Shown: one piece after another, positions 11,932 to 25,814 of the stretch
How the letters are laid out: each line of letters begins with the position of its first letter
How positions within the stretch are numbered: the stretch's first letter is position 1
Assembly: GCA_030704615.1 (NCBI GenBank)
Contig: CM060733.1
Location: forward strand, 29,512,001 to 29,576,000
Direction of reading: 5' to 3'
Origin: Takakia lepidozioides
Lineage: Eukaryota > Plantae > Bryophyta
Length of the DNA: 64,000 bases
Made by a program: the position numbers and the translations under genes
The notes under the pieces: generated by a model
What the model was told of the DNA's origin: nothing
The model's input: the letters and a program-made list of their open reading frames with translations, nothing else
Database searches by the model: none

Positions 11932-13924
11932 AAGTGGGTTGCTTCAAATGCGGGGGTTGGAAACGTCATAGTTTGTCCTTTGTTTCAAGGAAAGAATCAG
12001 TGGCATGAATGCAACAGTCACGATTTCTATTCCTGTGAGCTGTCCATGAGGGGAGACTGGAGACTCCAACAACTTGGAAGCAATGCCTGCATAGATGAAG
12101 TTGGTAATTAGATGGCTTGGACACCAAGGTTCTGTAGAGTATTGATGGCATGCACCTCTGGGCTCTAATGTGGACTTAGCTATCCCAGTGCGATTCATTT
12201 GAAGATACAACCTTGCACAAAGCTCTTCCCGATAAGAAGGAAGACAGACAAAGACAGCATCTTCCTTGAAAGGGAGGGGAAGCACTTCATTTGACGAGGT
12301 TGTTGAGGTTATCTTTTTTGTAATTTCAGTTTTGTAGGATTCGAGCCTCTCTTCTTACCTCCATTCAAACCAAGTACAGGCACTATATTGCACAAAATAG
12401 ATTTAATAGTTCGTCTTTACCCGGGTGGTGGGTGTGGGTGGGCCTTTCCTTCTCTGCGACAAGCTATCTACAACAAATGGACTAGTGGAAAGCAGGCAAT
12501 GGGGATTTGACAGCAGCCCGCAGTAGGCCCGGGTGACCCTAGGAAGTCTACCTCCCACTAGACTAGGATTGGAGTTTACCCATGTTAGTTGCTTCACATT
12601 AATATGGGTAGACTAATATGGGGATGGAGCAATTTTAGTGGGGAGCAATTTCCATTAGAGTTCATCCACACTAATTTGAGGGTAAAACAAGTGAGCCATC
12701 ATGACCCACTTGTTACCTATATTGCTCTTTAGGCACCTTGAATCTTAACCATTTTTAAAAATAACGATACCATTGGAAAGCTCTTTATGTGCCCCATCAT
12801 TTTGTAGTTGGAACAATCTGTAGTAAAGTCAATTTACCTCGGATAATCTGAGTCTAAAGTGATGAGTCAGATGGTGGTGGATTGTGGTTCATTCCCCTTG
12901 GACCTGGATCCGCAAGTCTTGACCCGGGTAAGCTTGTTGTCTATCATGGCCTAAAAGACGGTCCAAAAATGGGGATACTTTCTTGCACCACTATGGGGCA
13001 CATGCGCCATGAAGGGTTCTTCTACCCTAGTACTTAGCATCTTGTGTTCCCATGACTAGCGCCAAGTGTGGTTCATAGTTCATAGTGTGGTCCCATTACG
13101 AGCATTCACAGCATCATTAGTCACCTGCATTGAACGTGGATTCCAGCTGTCTACAAACCTCAATAGAAGCACCAAAAATAGCATGGTGTTGACAAGCTCA
13201 CTTCACTCTGCAAGTGCCCTCCAGTTAAACTTCTTGCCAACTTCTAGTGGAGGTATACCAAGGTGACAGATTTGTGGCCACCCACTTCCTTCGTAGCAGC
13301 GAGCTACTTCGTGGAGGTGGACTGGTCAGTCTGCCCAAGTTCTTCGGCTTTTGATTGATGGAACACCATTGACAGTGTTCATAGGATGATGGGGGCCCGC
13401 GAAGCAGCTGATCGATCTAGCTTAGTTGTTGGTAGCCCCTTGGTCGCAGAGCAAGAGGTCTGCAGGGACCAGCTTGTTTCCATTTGATTGTCAGCTTCTG
13501 TCTTGAGCACTACCGGTTGAGAGGGAAGGATAGGCGATCAAGAATGAAGGATGTTTGCAGTGTGCAAGAATGACGTAGGTGTAGGCCAGGTGTTGTGGGT
13601 TTGCCATAGTGGGGCCGAGAGAGGGGTTGTAGTTCGCACCGAGGAAGTCATAGAAGTTCTGGATTGATCAGTGTATATGTCTGCAGAGAGATGTACACGC
13701 TTTGGTATCATGTGATGTCTTATTGAAGTTCTACCCACCGTAAAAGCGAAGACGGGAGTATTAAGATAGGATCTAGATAAGAAGGACTCATCGGCTACAC
13801 AGACCCACGTAAACCTTGGTGAGTCTGAAGGCAGCTGATGAAATTATATAGTTTTATAGATTGAGAGGCACGGTATTGCACGGTTTGCAGTACAAAGTTC
13901 TATACTGATTCAAACAGTACGTAA

Positions 13925-16413
13925 ATGTGTCCCATGTGCGAAGACAGGGGTTGGCCTCTTCTAAACACGGCAATAGCTTCGAAGCATCGTGAAGTGATCA
14001 AGAAAGAGGCCCCTTCGCTTTGTTCATACCTTAAAGAAATACGGCACTCTTTCCAAAAATCAAAGAAATTTGCGCATACCACGCCGGTGGCACTCTCCAG
14101 ATCTCGAAGTTTGCAATGTTCCTCCGAACCTGCTAGATTATCAACCAATATGGAGCCAACACCGTTTTCACGCTCTGCACCGGCTTCCGGTGAACTCACT
14201 TACTGGGGACTTCCAAAGCACTCTTCATCTGAATCTAAATCTGGCGACATCAACTCGTTGCTGGGCCTCAAAAGCGCCTTAGATGCTGTATTGACTGACC
14301 TAGACCCTGAAGTGAAGAAGAGGAACAGCCGGATGTTGATGAAACCTACTAAGAATGTGATCAGTAACCCTTCGTCCTTAGCAGGGTCAAGAAAGGAAAA
14401 AGCAGGAGTGGTAACCTCAGCTGAAAACGGCTTTCAAGCCTGCGGAGCCAATGGTTTATCTGTGGGTATGGGCCTGGAGAGATTTGACAAATGCAGAGGT
14501 ACTAGTTATTCGGAATTTAGGACGTCGGTTCCAGGGAATCCGCTTCATGTTGTCTTTGAGAGCGATCGGCTGGACGCCATCTCGACTTTGGGCCAGGATT
14601 CAATGTCAGAGACTGAAGCTGTGTCAGAAACATCGATGTCCGAAGAATCACTTACTTTCGACTTCGAGGAAACAAGAAAGAGAGTTTCTCCTGTGTTCGT
14701 GAAGAAAACTGAGATCATGTCCAAGAGCACTCGCGATGATGATGAAAGCGATGGTTTTACACCTGCAGTTTCAAGAACTAGTGGAGATTCAAGCAGTGGA
14801 GATTGGACGAGCCAATCTTTGGGATCATACTCCGACAGCCATGGGCAGCTTGACATAAGCCACTCTTTACCAAAGAAGAGAGGTGGGGGTGTTTCTCAAT
14901 GTGACATTGAAAACCCAGAGACACCTCGTCGAGCCCAATTGCCTCAAGCCTTCGATCTTAACCATTACCTCGCAGGTATAACATACAGTCCTGAATCTCT
15001 GTTTTTTGGTGAAGCCCATCTCTGTACCTTGCCCAGGTTGTCAACTATTAGGTACACATTACTCAACTTTGATTGTTGGCCAACAGTTTACAACCATGTT
15101 TACAAATTCCTGCATCTGCATCTAAGGAGCCCTGGGAATAATGATCTAGTCATAGTTCTGCCACAGGAAAAGCTGCGCTGTGGCCTTTCAAGAATGTTAC
15201 CTTAATTAATACCCCTTGTCTCGAGTTCAACACACACATGGATTGCTGATGCAGCGATCTAATAACTCTGCCATGATAACGGTCCACCTTGGTTATGTGC
15301 GAAGTAATTTGTATTTTCAGAGCTTGAAGATCTGTCGAGGATCTGTCCAATCTTAGCCCCGGTTCAAGTATATTCTGACTGAGAGGAAAGACAATCTACA
15401 TATATGAAGGTAACACTGAAAGCTTTGCATGAGCAGTTCGATGTGTCAACCTAGTTGCCTCGTTATATACATACATCTACAGGTATCCTTATTCAACATG
15501 GATATGCCACGTCCACGTTGTCTAGATCACTGTATACATCACAATAATGGGGTGATCTGTGATTTACTAACACTTTTGGAGGAATCTCGTGTTATGTGTA
15601 TGTACAGCAGAAGGGAGATTTTCTGGAGGAGGCATGGATCACCACGATTCACAAGGAGCTTGTGTCAGATATCTGAGTGATGAAGTCCTATCGACCTCAT
15701 CGACTGAGGACTGGGTAACAGCTGATAGCGAGGACACGGATTTTGTGACAGGCCATATTAATACAAATTGTAAGTCTTCAACCAGCACACCCGCCGTAAT
15801 CAGTCACGCCTCCTCCATCTCTAAAACCAAATCAAATTCTCGCAGATCACATAGAAGGCGCAATGCAGACCTCTCAGGCAGATTGAAAGAGACACAGATT
15901 TCGAAAGGCAGGAGCTTAAAAAATGACGAAAGCCCAGGGCCTACAAGCTTTCAAGCCGTTGTCAACGGGAGAGACCGTGAAGTCGTGGCTGCGAAAGTGG
16001 TGGTACTACTTGGTAAATACGGCAATAAGAAAGGACTGCGGGTTGCTGGCCTCCAGCCCTCGCCCAAATCAGGGCTACAAATGAGAGTTGCACCCCAGTA
16101 TAACATCGACAGTTTGCATGAGCACATAACTTCAGACGAGGCAATCGCTGTATTCCATAACGAGGTTGCCAGGATGATGGTAGAGGAAGGTGATGTGAAT
16201 GACTTACAAGACGTTGATGAATTGTTGGATTGCTACATGCAACTGACCATACCATGCTTCCTGGAGATGGTTGAAGAGTTCTTCAGGGATGTATGCTTGG
16301 ATTGCTTCAAGAACCCAGGCTCTAAGTCTGATTTGACTCCTCCAAGTGAGCTGTCAAAATTGTCTTCGCGTCCCGCTAGAAGCATTGCTAAGTTACAGTC
16401 TGATTTTAGGTAG
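13925..16413 (+). CDS. OVATE family protein, OFP17-like; exon 1 13925-14975, exon 2 15608 (or 15611)-16413
   Basis: C-terminal AIAVFHNEVARMMVEEGDVNDLQDVDELLDCYMQLTIPCFLEMVEEFFRDVCLDCF resembles the divergent OVATE domain of OFP17-type proteins. A phase-1 donor (GCAG|gtata, 14975) fits a phase-1 NAGNAG acceptor (tgtacag|cag|) and joins a long Ser-rich N-terminus. Confidence 0.75.
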
Positions 16414-17595
16414 CAAATCTCAAAGGTTGTTAATTTGTAGTGTTCCAGTCCTGACAATTTTCTATCTTGCAGCAGAGAAGAGCAGAGAAGACTGCAAAAT
16501 TGTAAGAACACTTGATGATCAAATGTAGAAAAACTAAACATGTGACCTACAGTCACTTGGTACACTTTGCTACATTCTGTAAACCCATTACCTCTCACGG
16601 GATCTCCAGGTTCTGTTCTGGCTGATGGCTATTTCACCTCAACTCGGACATTACCTATGTAGAAGGGCACTTGGAGCAGTTGTTGTCATACTCTGAAGAG
16701 TTATAAGTGTCAGGTAAGTGTCATTGCTGTTGAAGCACCACTGCCTTCATAACAAAAACATACTCCATCAATTATGTGGCGTCTTGGAGTGGATTGTCAA
16801 AGAACATCAAAATATTTGTAGGATGAAGAAATTTCACCCACTCCCAAAAGCACGTAATGTTTGTCCAAATGAATGGCAATGCAACTGGACAGCCTCCAAC
16901 CCTGTACTGTCTGGGATCTGTCTTGACAAAGCTACCAAATCCTACTACACAGCAAAAGACTTCGCTTTGACCACTTCTCTGGTATCCCTGGAGGCATCAC
17001 ATGTTATCGACTCAAATATGGCATAGCAACCTTCCAGATTCTGTGTCCTCTTGTAAAGAATTTGAGACAAGGAGGAGTTCCAAGGGGTCAAAAGAGAACA
17101 TCAATGTACAGAATCAGCCAGCCAGCCATTGAAAGAACTGCCACGATGTGCTCCCACAACAAAATGGTAGATGGTTCCTTTTCACCACAGCTCCTGTAAC
17201 CACCGTGTACCACCACACCTTCACTCTTACAGTGCAAACATGATCTTTCTTGCACACATGCTCTCCCCTATAGTACATGTGGAAGTGCACTTTCCTTTTC
17301 CTTCCAGGACTCGGGCCATATGGCACGTACTTCCTCCCGAGCTTGTAAAGCAGGATAAAAAATGGAAGGAATTCCCATAGTCCCTGTATTTCAACACAAA
17401 TTAATACACCCCCCTCTCATCTTCATGTTCCCAATCAAGGGAAGCTCACAGAACGAGTGAGCCAACCATCAACGACTACTAGGACAAACAAACATAATGA
17501 GATGCATGCAAAACAGCTAACCCACTGTTATATGGGGAATCAGTACAAGTGTGCTGTAAAATTCCAAGTCACATAAACAACATCCCCTTCGCTTT

Positions 17596-18690
17596 TGTCA
17601 CAATTCCTAAAATCCCATAGACTTGACAAGACAATGACAACAGGAGAGAGATAGAACGCTTTCACGGAGCATAACATTAAAAATATGATCACAATACAAG
17701 CAGGAATATCTGCCTTGATGCCAACTGACATCTGAAACCCGTGTACCTACCAACGTAATAGATAACTACTTGGAACTGATTAGTAACTATTACTCAACGT
17801 TTAGGTACCATAGGGTGTGACGCTTCATATCATTAACACTCCCACTAAGCTAGCACCCTAAACACTCAATATTGACATAGCATGTCTACACCAAATGTGT
17901 TTATCTCTTGGCACAGCCTTAGTGAACACATCTGCAACCATCTCTTTAGTGCTACAGAACTCTAGCCGTATCTCCTTACTCTCCACTTTCTCTCGAATAA
18001 AATGGTGTTGGATTTCTATATGCTTAGTTCTAGCATGAAACTTAGGGTACTTAGTTAACGCTATGCAACTCTGGTTGTCACAAGAGAGCCTAGTAGGATG
18101 AGGTTGCTCATGACCAATACTCTTGAGTAAACTCCTCAACCATACAATCTCCTTGGCTGCTTGTGTAGCAGCAATGTATTGTGCTTCGCTAGATGACAAT
18201 GCAACTGTTGCTTGCCGCTTACTACTCCAGCTAACAGTGGCAGAACTACCAAGCAAGAAAACATAGCCTGTGGTTGACTTCCGGTTATCAGGATGACTCG
18301 CCCAATCAGCATCATAGTATCCGTGTAGCTCAATATGACCAACAGCCTTCTCTCTACTCCCACTGAAACATAAGCCATGATCTTCAGTTCCCTCTTAGAA
18401 ATGACACTGTCTTTCCACCTTGCTCTCTACGTGGCTCTGATACCATGTCACAATTCCTAAAATCCCATAGACTTGACAAGACAAGACAATGACAACAGGA
18501 GAGAGATAGAACGTTTTGAAGCATAACATTAAAAATATGATCACAATACAAGCAGGAATTTATGCCTTGATGCCAAGTGACATCTGAAACCCGTGTACCT
18601 ACCAACGTAATAGATAACTACTTGGAACTGATTAGTAACTGTTACTCAACGTTCAGGTACCATAGGGTGTGACGCTTCATATCATTAACA
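17596..18690 (-). mobile_element. TRIM-like, internally deleted Ty1/Copia element (about 1.1 kb)
   Basis: Two roughly 245-bp TG..CA LTRs (17596-17838, 18446-18690). tRNA-iMet PBS TGGTATCAGAGCC at 18445-18433, PPT next to 17839, TSD GCTTT/GCTTC. The internal region encodes only the RT end and RNase H ([44 protein letters not shown]). Confidence 0.93.
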
Positions 18691-20684
18691 GCTTCAAACT
18701 CAAGAACCAGATGTTAAGCACAAAACATGGGAGCAAGGACTGCATTGATGGAAACTACCTCCCACCAAGTTGCTTACCAAGACAAGCATAATGCAGGGTA
18801 CCATAGCTCCCCGGCACAAATTACCGGACCGACCTTGCTGAGCATACACACAGCAGGCAAGCTTGACCAAAAGTTTTTGCACTTCTGGAAGTTTGAGATC
18901 ATATGAAACAAGTTGTGTTGGAAGGAATTTAAATACAAATTAAACAATCAATGGGGTGGAAGAGTTGGAAAGGAAACGTGGAAAATCAGCTATGTTCCTA
19001 TCTTGTGCTTGACACACACCACAATAAGCACCACATATTGCTTTGTTTCGATGACATACAAGTCGTGCCATCATACGTGAAATCTTTACATATGGTGGTG
19101 ATCTCAAATACAAACCCAATGTACATAACCTTTCAAATAAGTACTTGAAATAGTGTCTAACACACCCTTATGACCACATACAGTGCAGGTTTGCTCAGGT
19201 TCTTCAGTAAGGTTCAATGATGCATTGCCAACTGAGCAGCTGCACATACCCCAAAACACTGAGGTTGTCAGAGAGGAAGTAGACTATAGAGTGCTCCATT
19301 CATATAAGTAGACTACTCAGAACTAGACTTGCACCCAAGTACCAATGCCAACATCTGCATAAAACAATGTCATTTCATAGCATCCACCTTAATGCCAATT
19401 CCTTGTAGCAGTTGTAAGCCTTTGAACCTGATAAAAACAGTCTACCAGCTATAAAGATTCGACAATGTTGCTTTATTTTAACTTTGTTCGGGACACCGAC
19501 ACATGCCAGCCAAAGTGGTAGAGCCCGACTACACTAGACAACCTCTTCCTTCTTTCTTCATTATCACAAGTTACCGCAGAAGCATTGTATTCTCGCTCCG
19601 AAGGAAACGGTGGAAACATCTGTATTTCACGTCCGGGGAGGGGGAACTACGAGATCTTGTTGTATTTGTATTTACACAGTAGGATACAGCAGTACATCAC
19701 GGTGCTGATAGCATCAATAGAGGAGAAGCATACAGCAATGTAGGCAGGGAATGATGACTTCTTATTACTGCCAGCTCCCAACTCAGCCTGTACCAGGATC
19801 TTTAGAAGCCCTTGTCTCTTACGTTCCTCTTTTCTAATTCTCCTTCTTCGCTTTCTACCCTGCCTATTTGTCAACTGAAAATTCAGATCTCACTTCCCTG
19901 CCAATGGTTCCATCATGACCAGAATAGAATTTAGACTAAGTCCTTGGCAATTAGGCGATATCACACATCATAGGCCACTACAATCATCACTGTGTGCCAT
20001 TGGCTCTTATTCCAACAGGGCCAAATACCAACGATTACTTTATGTACAGATCCTTCAAGTCCCAAAGATTCCTGACTCAACTGGAACTATCACCCAATCC
20101 TAGAAATTGCACATGGTACTGGGATACACCCAATCCTCCCAACCGCCACACCATGCATCTGTTTCTGTATCATCTCTCTTCCCTACTCGTAGACACTGCT
20201 CACGATGGCCGTCCTATCTGCCACACTCTGTACAGCCAACGTCTACAAGTTCTCTCATCTAGGGAAAAAACCAGAAGAAGAGAATCCCTAATCTCCTCCC
20301 TGTACACTTCGAGCTACCATCTTCATATGTAGCTTTTGGTCTTGTCAATGGGAGCTTGCCACCACCTGTTGTTCCACGTGACATCTCCATCACCTCCCTC
20401 AGACAGCCGTCGATGACTGCTGAACCGTTCAACATCCTGCCAAGCTTGTCGCAGGTTCAATCTCACAGGGACGTTATATTGTCTCTCCTAGTTTAGTGTG
20501 TGTGTGTCAGTGCATTGTAAATGGTAGCTTCTTGGAGCTTAGAGTTCAGCTTTAGAGCATGTGAGCTGTGTACCAAGCCTTTGGTACCAGAGAGTGTATG
20601 TGTCTACTTGTCTTATGTAATACAGTACTGTTGGCCTCCAAGCACTGTGTTGGAGCTTGTGTAACTGTGTGCTTTGTTTAATCT

Positions 20685-23600
20685 TGTTGAAATCGAAGAT
20701 CCAGTCCGTCATTGACATCTGGACCATGCTAGTCGAATAGTCATAGTCAGCAACTAGGTGGCAGTCCACCGAGCAGTCACAATCACAGATGCCAGTCAGC
20801 CACATTTTGAATCTCTAGCTAGTTGGATCTCCCGCATTTAGTAGTACTTGTATTTTTTGGTGGCAGACGATACTTAACTAATCAGTTTTCATGTATGTTC
20901 ATAGTGTGGTGTAGTTCAACTTACAGATGCGTGAGCATCATTGATTCCATGGATTGCCTTGTAGATTGATAAGCCATGTACTTCTTAGTGGTTCAAATAA
21001 GTGTTTGATAGCTTCCTTCATAACTTACTGGCTACTCTGTAAACAGCTATGAGCAAGTAGTGAAATCAGTATTTTCAATAGGTTATGGGCCCACAATTGC
21101 TTAATGTTGTGTGAGAGGTTTTCTTTCTGTAGAAGTAAGGGTGATAGAAGAAATGACATCAGTGAAGACAGATTCTAAGAACGTGACGAATATTGAGAAG
21201 TTCACGGGAGATAACTTCCAACTATGGAAGTTTCAGATGCAAGTGTTATTCCGAGCAAAGAAGCTTTTACGTGTTGTTGAGGGAATAGAATTGAGAGAAG
21301 AAGCTTTGGATCAGGATGAGTGGGATGACAAGGATAATTGTGCTTCTTTGTACATCTGCAGGTCGGTAGACAAGAAGCGCATGCAGCAACTCATTGCATG
21401 CAAGACATCAGCAAAGATGTGGAGTCGTCTCATCACCATTCATGGGCAGTGTGCAAGCGAAAATATCCATATGCTACAGCAGAATTTTTTTGAATACAAG
21501 ATGAGTGATGGTGATGATGTAGCTGAACACATTAGCACCATAGAGTCCATGGCCTGCCAGCTTAACGATCTTGGGGAGGCCACAACAGATTGAACAGTAA
21601 TCACCAAGATTATTTGTAGTTTACCTCCTTCATACCGACACATGATCTCGGCGTGGGACAGTGTTCCGAAAGATGAGCAGACGATCGAGAAACTTACCGT
21701 AAGACTTCTAAAAGAAGAAACCCTGAACAAAGAACGAGGAGCATTTGATGAAGCAAGAGATAAGGCCTTTTTTGTTGGTTGGCCTGGTAATATGAACAGC
21801 AGCGGAAGCGGTGATGGTAAGCCAAGATTGACGTATGCTGAACGTCAGGAAAAGAGAAGGAGAATCGAGGAATTGAAGAAACGAACTCATTGCAATGGTT
21901 GCAGAAGAAGAGGACACTGGGAGCGCGAGTGTCCTGATAAGAAGGCAGCAGAGACAAGTCAGGCAAATCAAGTGGAGAGTATGTCTCCAGAGGTCAATAT
22001 TAGCACTGCATACACTGTTCACGGGGCTCAATCTTCTAGAGTTACCATGGCTGAGAGTAACTGTTGGTATGCTGATGGCGGTGCAAGTGAGCACATGACC
22101 AATAAGAGAGAGTGGTTCAAGAATTTGGAACCAATAGCTAAGGGAAAGTGGCCTGTTGTGGTTGCTAACAATGAGTCTCTATGGGTTGAGGGAGTTGGGG
22201 ATATCAAGATTCTGAGTCTTGTTGGAGACAGGTGGGAGAGAGGAGCGATTACAAAGGCTTTGTATGTCCCTAAGTTGAAAAAAAATCTATTTTCAATTGG
22301 ACAGGCAGCAGACAAGGGAATTGTCACTACCTATAACAAAGAGAGTTGCAAATTAATTTGCAATGAGAGACGAGGAAGAATTGTGATGGTAGGTTTGCGT
22401 GAAAGGAAACTGTATAAGCTGCAGTTGAAGGTCATTATACCTAAGAGTATCGACAAGGGTTTGTTAAGTGGCAAAAATGAGAACATCGCTTTCTTGAGTG
22501 AGTCAAACCCTAGCAATCTACATCCCTGGCATTGTCGTTTGGGACATCTAAATCATGCTATGATCAAGAAAATGGAGGCATCACAGAGTGTAGAAGGTCT
22601 GAAGATAGGCAGTCTGAGTGAGACATCTACCTTCTGTGAAGGATGTGCCTATGGCAAGAGCCATAGACAGAGCTTTCCTGTCAATGATGAGAGAGTAAAA
22701 GCTGAGAAAGCTGGAGATCTCTTACACACGGATGTGTGTGGACCGATGAAAATAGACTCCATCGGAGGGTCAAGGTATTATGTAGTTTTCAAAGATGATT
22801 TCTCAGGGTACAGAATGGTATTCTGCATGAAGAAGAAGTCTGAAGTCATAGAGCACTTTCGAAAGGTCCTTAAGCAGACACAACAAGAAACAAAGAATAA
22901 TGTCAAGATAGTTCGTAGTGACCGAAGGGGAGAGTTTATGAGTTCAGCTTTTAAAGAGCTTTGTGAGAAAGAGGGAATCCGTCATGAGCTGACAGCTCCT
23001 TATACACCGGAGCAGAACGGTGTTGCCGAGAGAGAAAATAGAACCATCATGGAGTCAACAAGGAGTATGTTGTATACAAGCAATATTGGCCTGGAATTCT
23101 GGGCAGATGCGGTACTAACGAGCAGGAACACGGTTACTGGATGGAAAGACACCGATCGAAGCATGGTCAGGAGCAAGACCATCTGTTGTTCATTTCAAGA
23201 TTTTTGAATCAGATGCCTATTCTCACATTCCAAAGCAGATGAGATCCAAACTTGATCCTAAGTGCAAGAAATGTGCATTCATAGGATATTGCACCGAGAG
23301 CAAAGCATATCGGCTCTGGCACAATGACACTAAGACGGTGATAATCAGCCGAGATGTTGTGTTTGATGAGGGATCATACACATCTACAACACAGTCATTG
23401 CAAACTCAAAGTGGAGTCTCCATCATGGATCTGTATGATGATCTTGAGGACTCAGTGGAAGTACCTGAACCAGTGGGAGCAATGCAGGAAACAGTGGACG
23501 CAGAACCAGTGGGAGCAATGCAGGGAACAGTGGATGCAATTGAGGCAATAGAAGAATTGATGGGAGCTCAAGAAGGACGAATTAATGAGCAAGCGATATA

Positions 23601-25734
23601 TGAACCAGTGGGAGTTCAGCTTGAAGTGGTCCTTGATGGATGTGTGGAGAAACCATATGGGCAAATGACACGATACGAAACTCGATCACGGCAAGCACCA
23701 ACGAGGTATGGTGACTGGGCTTATTTTGCCGAGGTGCAGTCTTTTGCTGGAGTAGCGAGTTCATTGGAAGAGCCCCATGATTATTGGACTGCGATCAACT
23801 CAGAACAGAGAGTCGAATGGCAGCAAGTCGATGGACGAGGAATTCAACTCTCTCACTCAAAACGAGACATGGTTGCTTATAGAACTACCTCGTGATCGCA
23901 AAGTGGTGCAATGTAAATGGGTTTCAAACTAAAAACAAAATCAGATGGAACAGTTGAGAGATACAAGGCACGATTAGTTGCCAAGGGATTCTCACAGCAG
24001 TATGGTATCGACTACGCAGAAACATTTTCTCCTGTAGCCAAGTATGACTCAATTCGCACCATTCTTGCCATTGCAACATCTGAGGATATGAATATCATGC
24101 AATTTGATATTAAAACCGCGTTTCTTTATGGAGAACTCGAAGAAGAGATCTACATGATCCAGCCGCCGAGCTTCATAGCACCAGGCACAGAGCACCTGGT
24201 ATGCAGTTTGAAAAAATGTCTTTATGGACTGAAGCAGGCTTCACGAGTTTGGAATGCGAAGTTTGACAATTTTCTGCTTAGGTACAATTTGGTACCAAGT
24301 GCGGCAGATCCTTGCATTTACTACAGTAAGGAGAAGCCCAAAATCATCACATCTCTTTTCGTGGATGATGGACTGGCCTGTTGCGTTGAGTCAGCAAGGC
24401 TTGACAACATGTTTGAATACATGGGTAAGGAATTTGAAACCAAAGTGGGAGAGGCAGACTGTTATGTTGGTTTGCGAATTAAAAGAGATCGGCAACGCAG
24501 GTTATTTCAATTGATCAGCAAGTCTACATTGAGAAGATGATCACGAAGTATGGTTTCGAAAATGCAATGGCAGTGACGACTCCTGCTGACCCTAATACAT
24601 CATGGATTACCAATTTCCATATTAGGAAATGGTTGGGAGCTTGATGTTTGCAAGCATCAGGAGTCGTCCTGACATCTCATATGAAGTAAGTACAGTGGCG
24701 AAATACACATCAAGACACAGACCTGTGCACTGCAACGCTGTGAAACAGATCATGAAATACTTGAAGGGAACATCTCATTTTGTTCTGACCTACAATGGGA
24801 AGCAAGACACAAATCTGCTCACAGGATTTTGTGACACAGATTATGCTGGTGACATAGATGATAGAAAATCCAGATCCGGATGTGTCATTATGTTGAACCA
24901 AGGAGCAATTGTTTGGAGCAGTCGGAAACAAGCGTGTACTGCTGGATCGACAACTGAATCGGAGTACGTTGCGGCTCACATGGCTACGAGGGAGATTATT
25001 TGGTTACGGAGACTCATGGACTCCATTGGACATTCACAGAAGACACCCACCCCACTTCACAGCGATAACCAGAGTTGCATCAGACTGGTTCACAATCCAG
25101 AGTACCATCGTTGAACAAAGCACATAGACGTTCAGTACCACGTCATTCGCGAGAACCAGGCGAAGGGAGAAATTGATATTCAGTATGTTCACACGAACGA
25201 TCACATTGCCGATATTTTTACGAAGGCTCTTGGTCCAGACAAGTTCCTTCGTTTTCACTCCATGCTTGGGTTGCATTCCCCAGCAAGCAATCTCTGTGCA
25301 AGCGATCTTTGAAGCATGCATACAATGTCGGACTGAGTGGGAGTGTTGAAATCGAAGATCCAGTCCGTCATTGACATCTGGACCATGCTGGTCGAATAGT
25401 CATAGTCAGCAACTAGGTGGGAGTCCACCGAGCAGTCACAATCACAGATGCCAGTCAGTCACATTTTGAATCTCTAGCTAGTTGGATCTCCCGCACTTAG
25501 TAGTACTTGTATTTTTTGGTGGCAGACGATACTTAGTCAGTTTTCATGTATGTTCATAGTGTGGTGTAGTTCAACTTACAGATGCGTGAGCATCATTGAT
25601 TCCATGGATTGCCTTGTAGATTGATAAGCCATGTACTTCTTAGTGGTTCAATAAGTGTTTGATAGCTTCCTTCATAACTTACTGGCTACTCTGTAAACAG
25701 CTATGAGCAAGTAGTGAAATCAGTACTTTCAATA
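20685..25734 (+). mobile_element. Full-length Ty1/Copia LTR retrotransposon (half-tRNA primed, Bryco/Lyco/Osser-like), coding region disrupted
   Basis: LTRs 20685-21080 and 25344-25734, perfect TSD AATCT, PPT TGAGTGGGAG at 25334-25343. Domain order is gag (ATG 21153, CNGCRRRGHWEREC knuckle), PR (WYADGGASEH), IN (HCRLGH..CEGC, HTDVCGP, QNGVAER), RT (YKARLVAKG, FVDD), RNase H. It carries a premature stop at 21591 and several frameshifts. Confidence 0.97.
21081..21093 (+). promoter_or_regulatory. Primer-binding site GGTTATGGGCCCA (internal, half tRNA-iMet priming)
   Basis: Lies immediately after the 5' LTR and has the same motif as the Drosophila copia PBS. Confidence 0.85.
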
Positions 25735-25814
25735 AATCTAAGCATCGCTGGTAGAGAACAACAGATCTGTATGTTGGCTTTGACTTCAAATAGTCTACCA
25801 GTGCGAGACCCACG

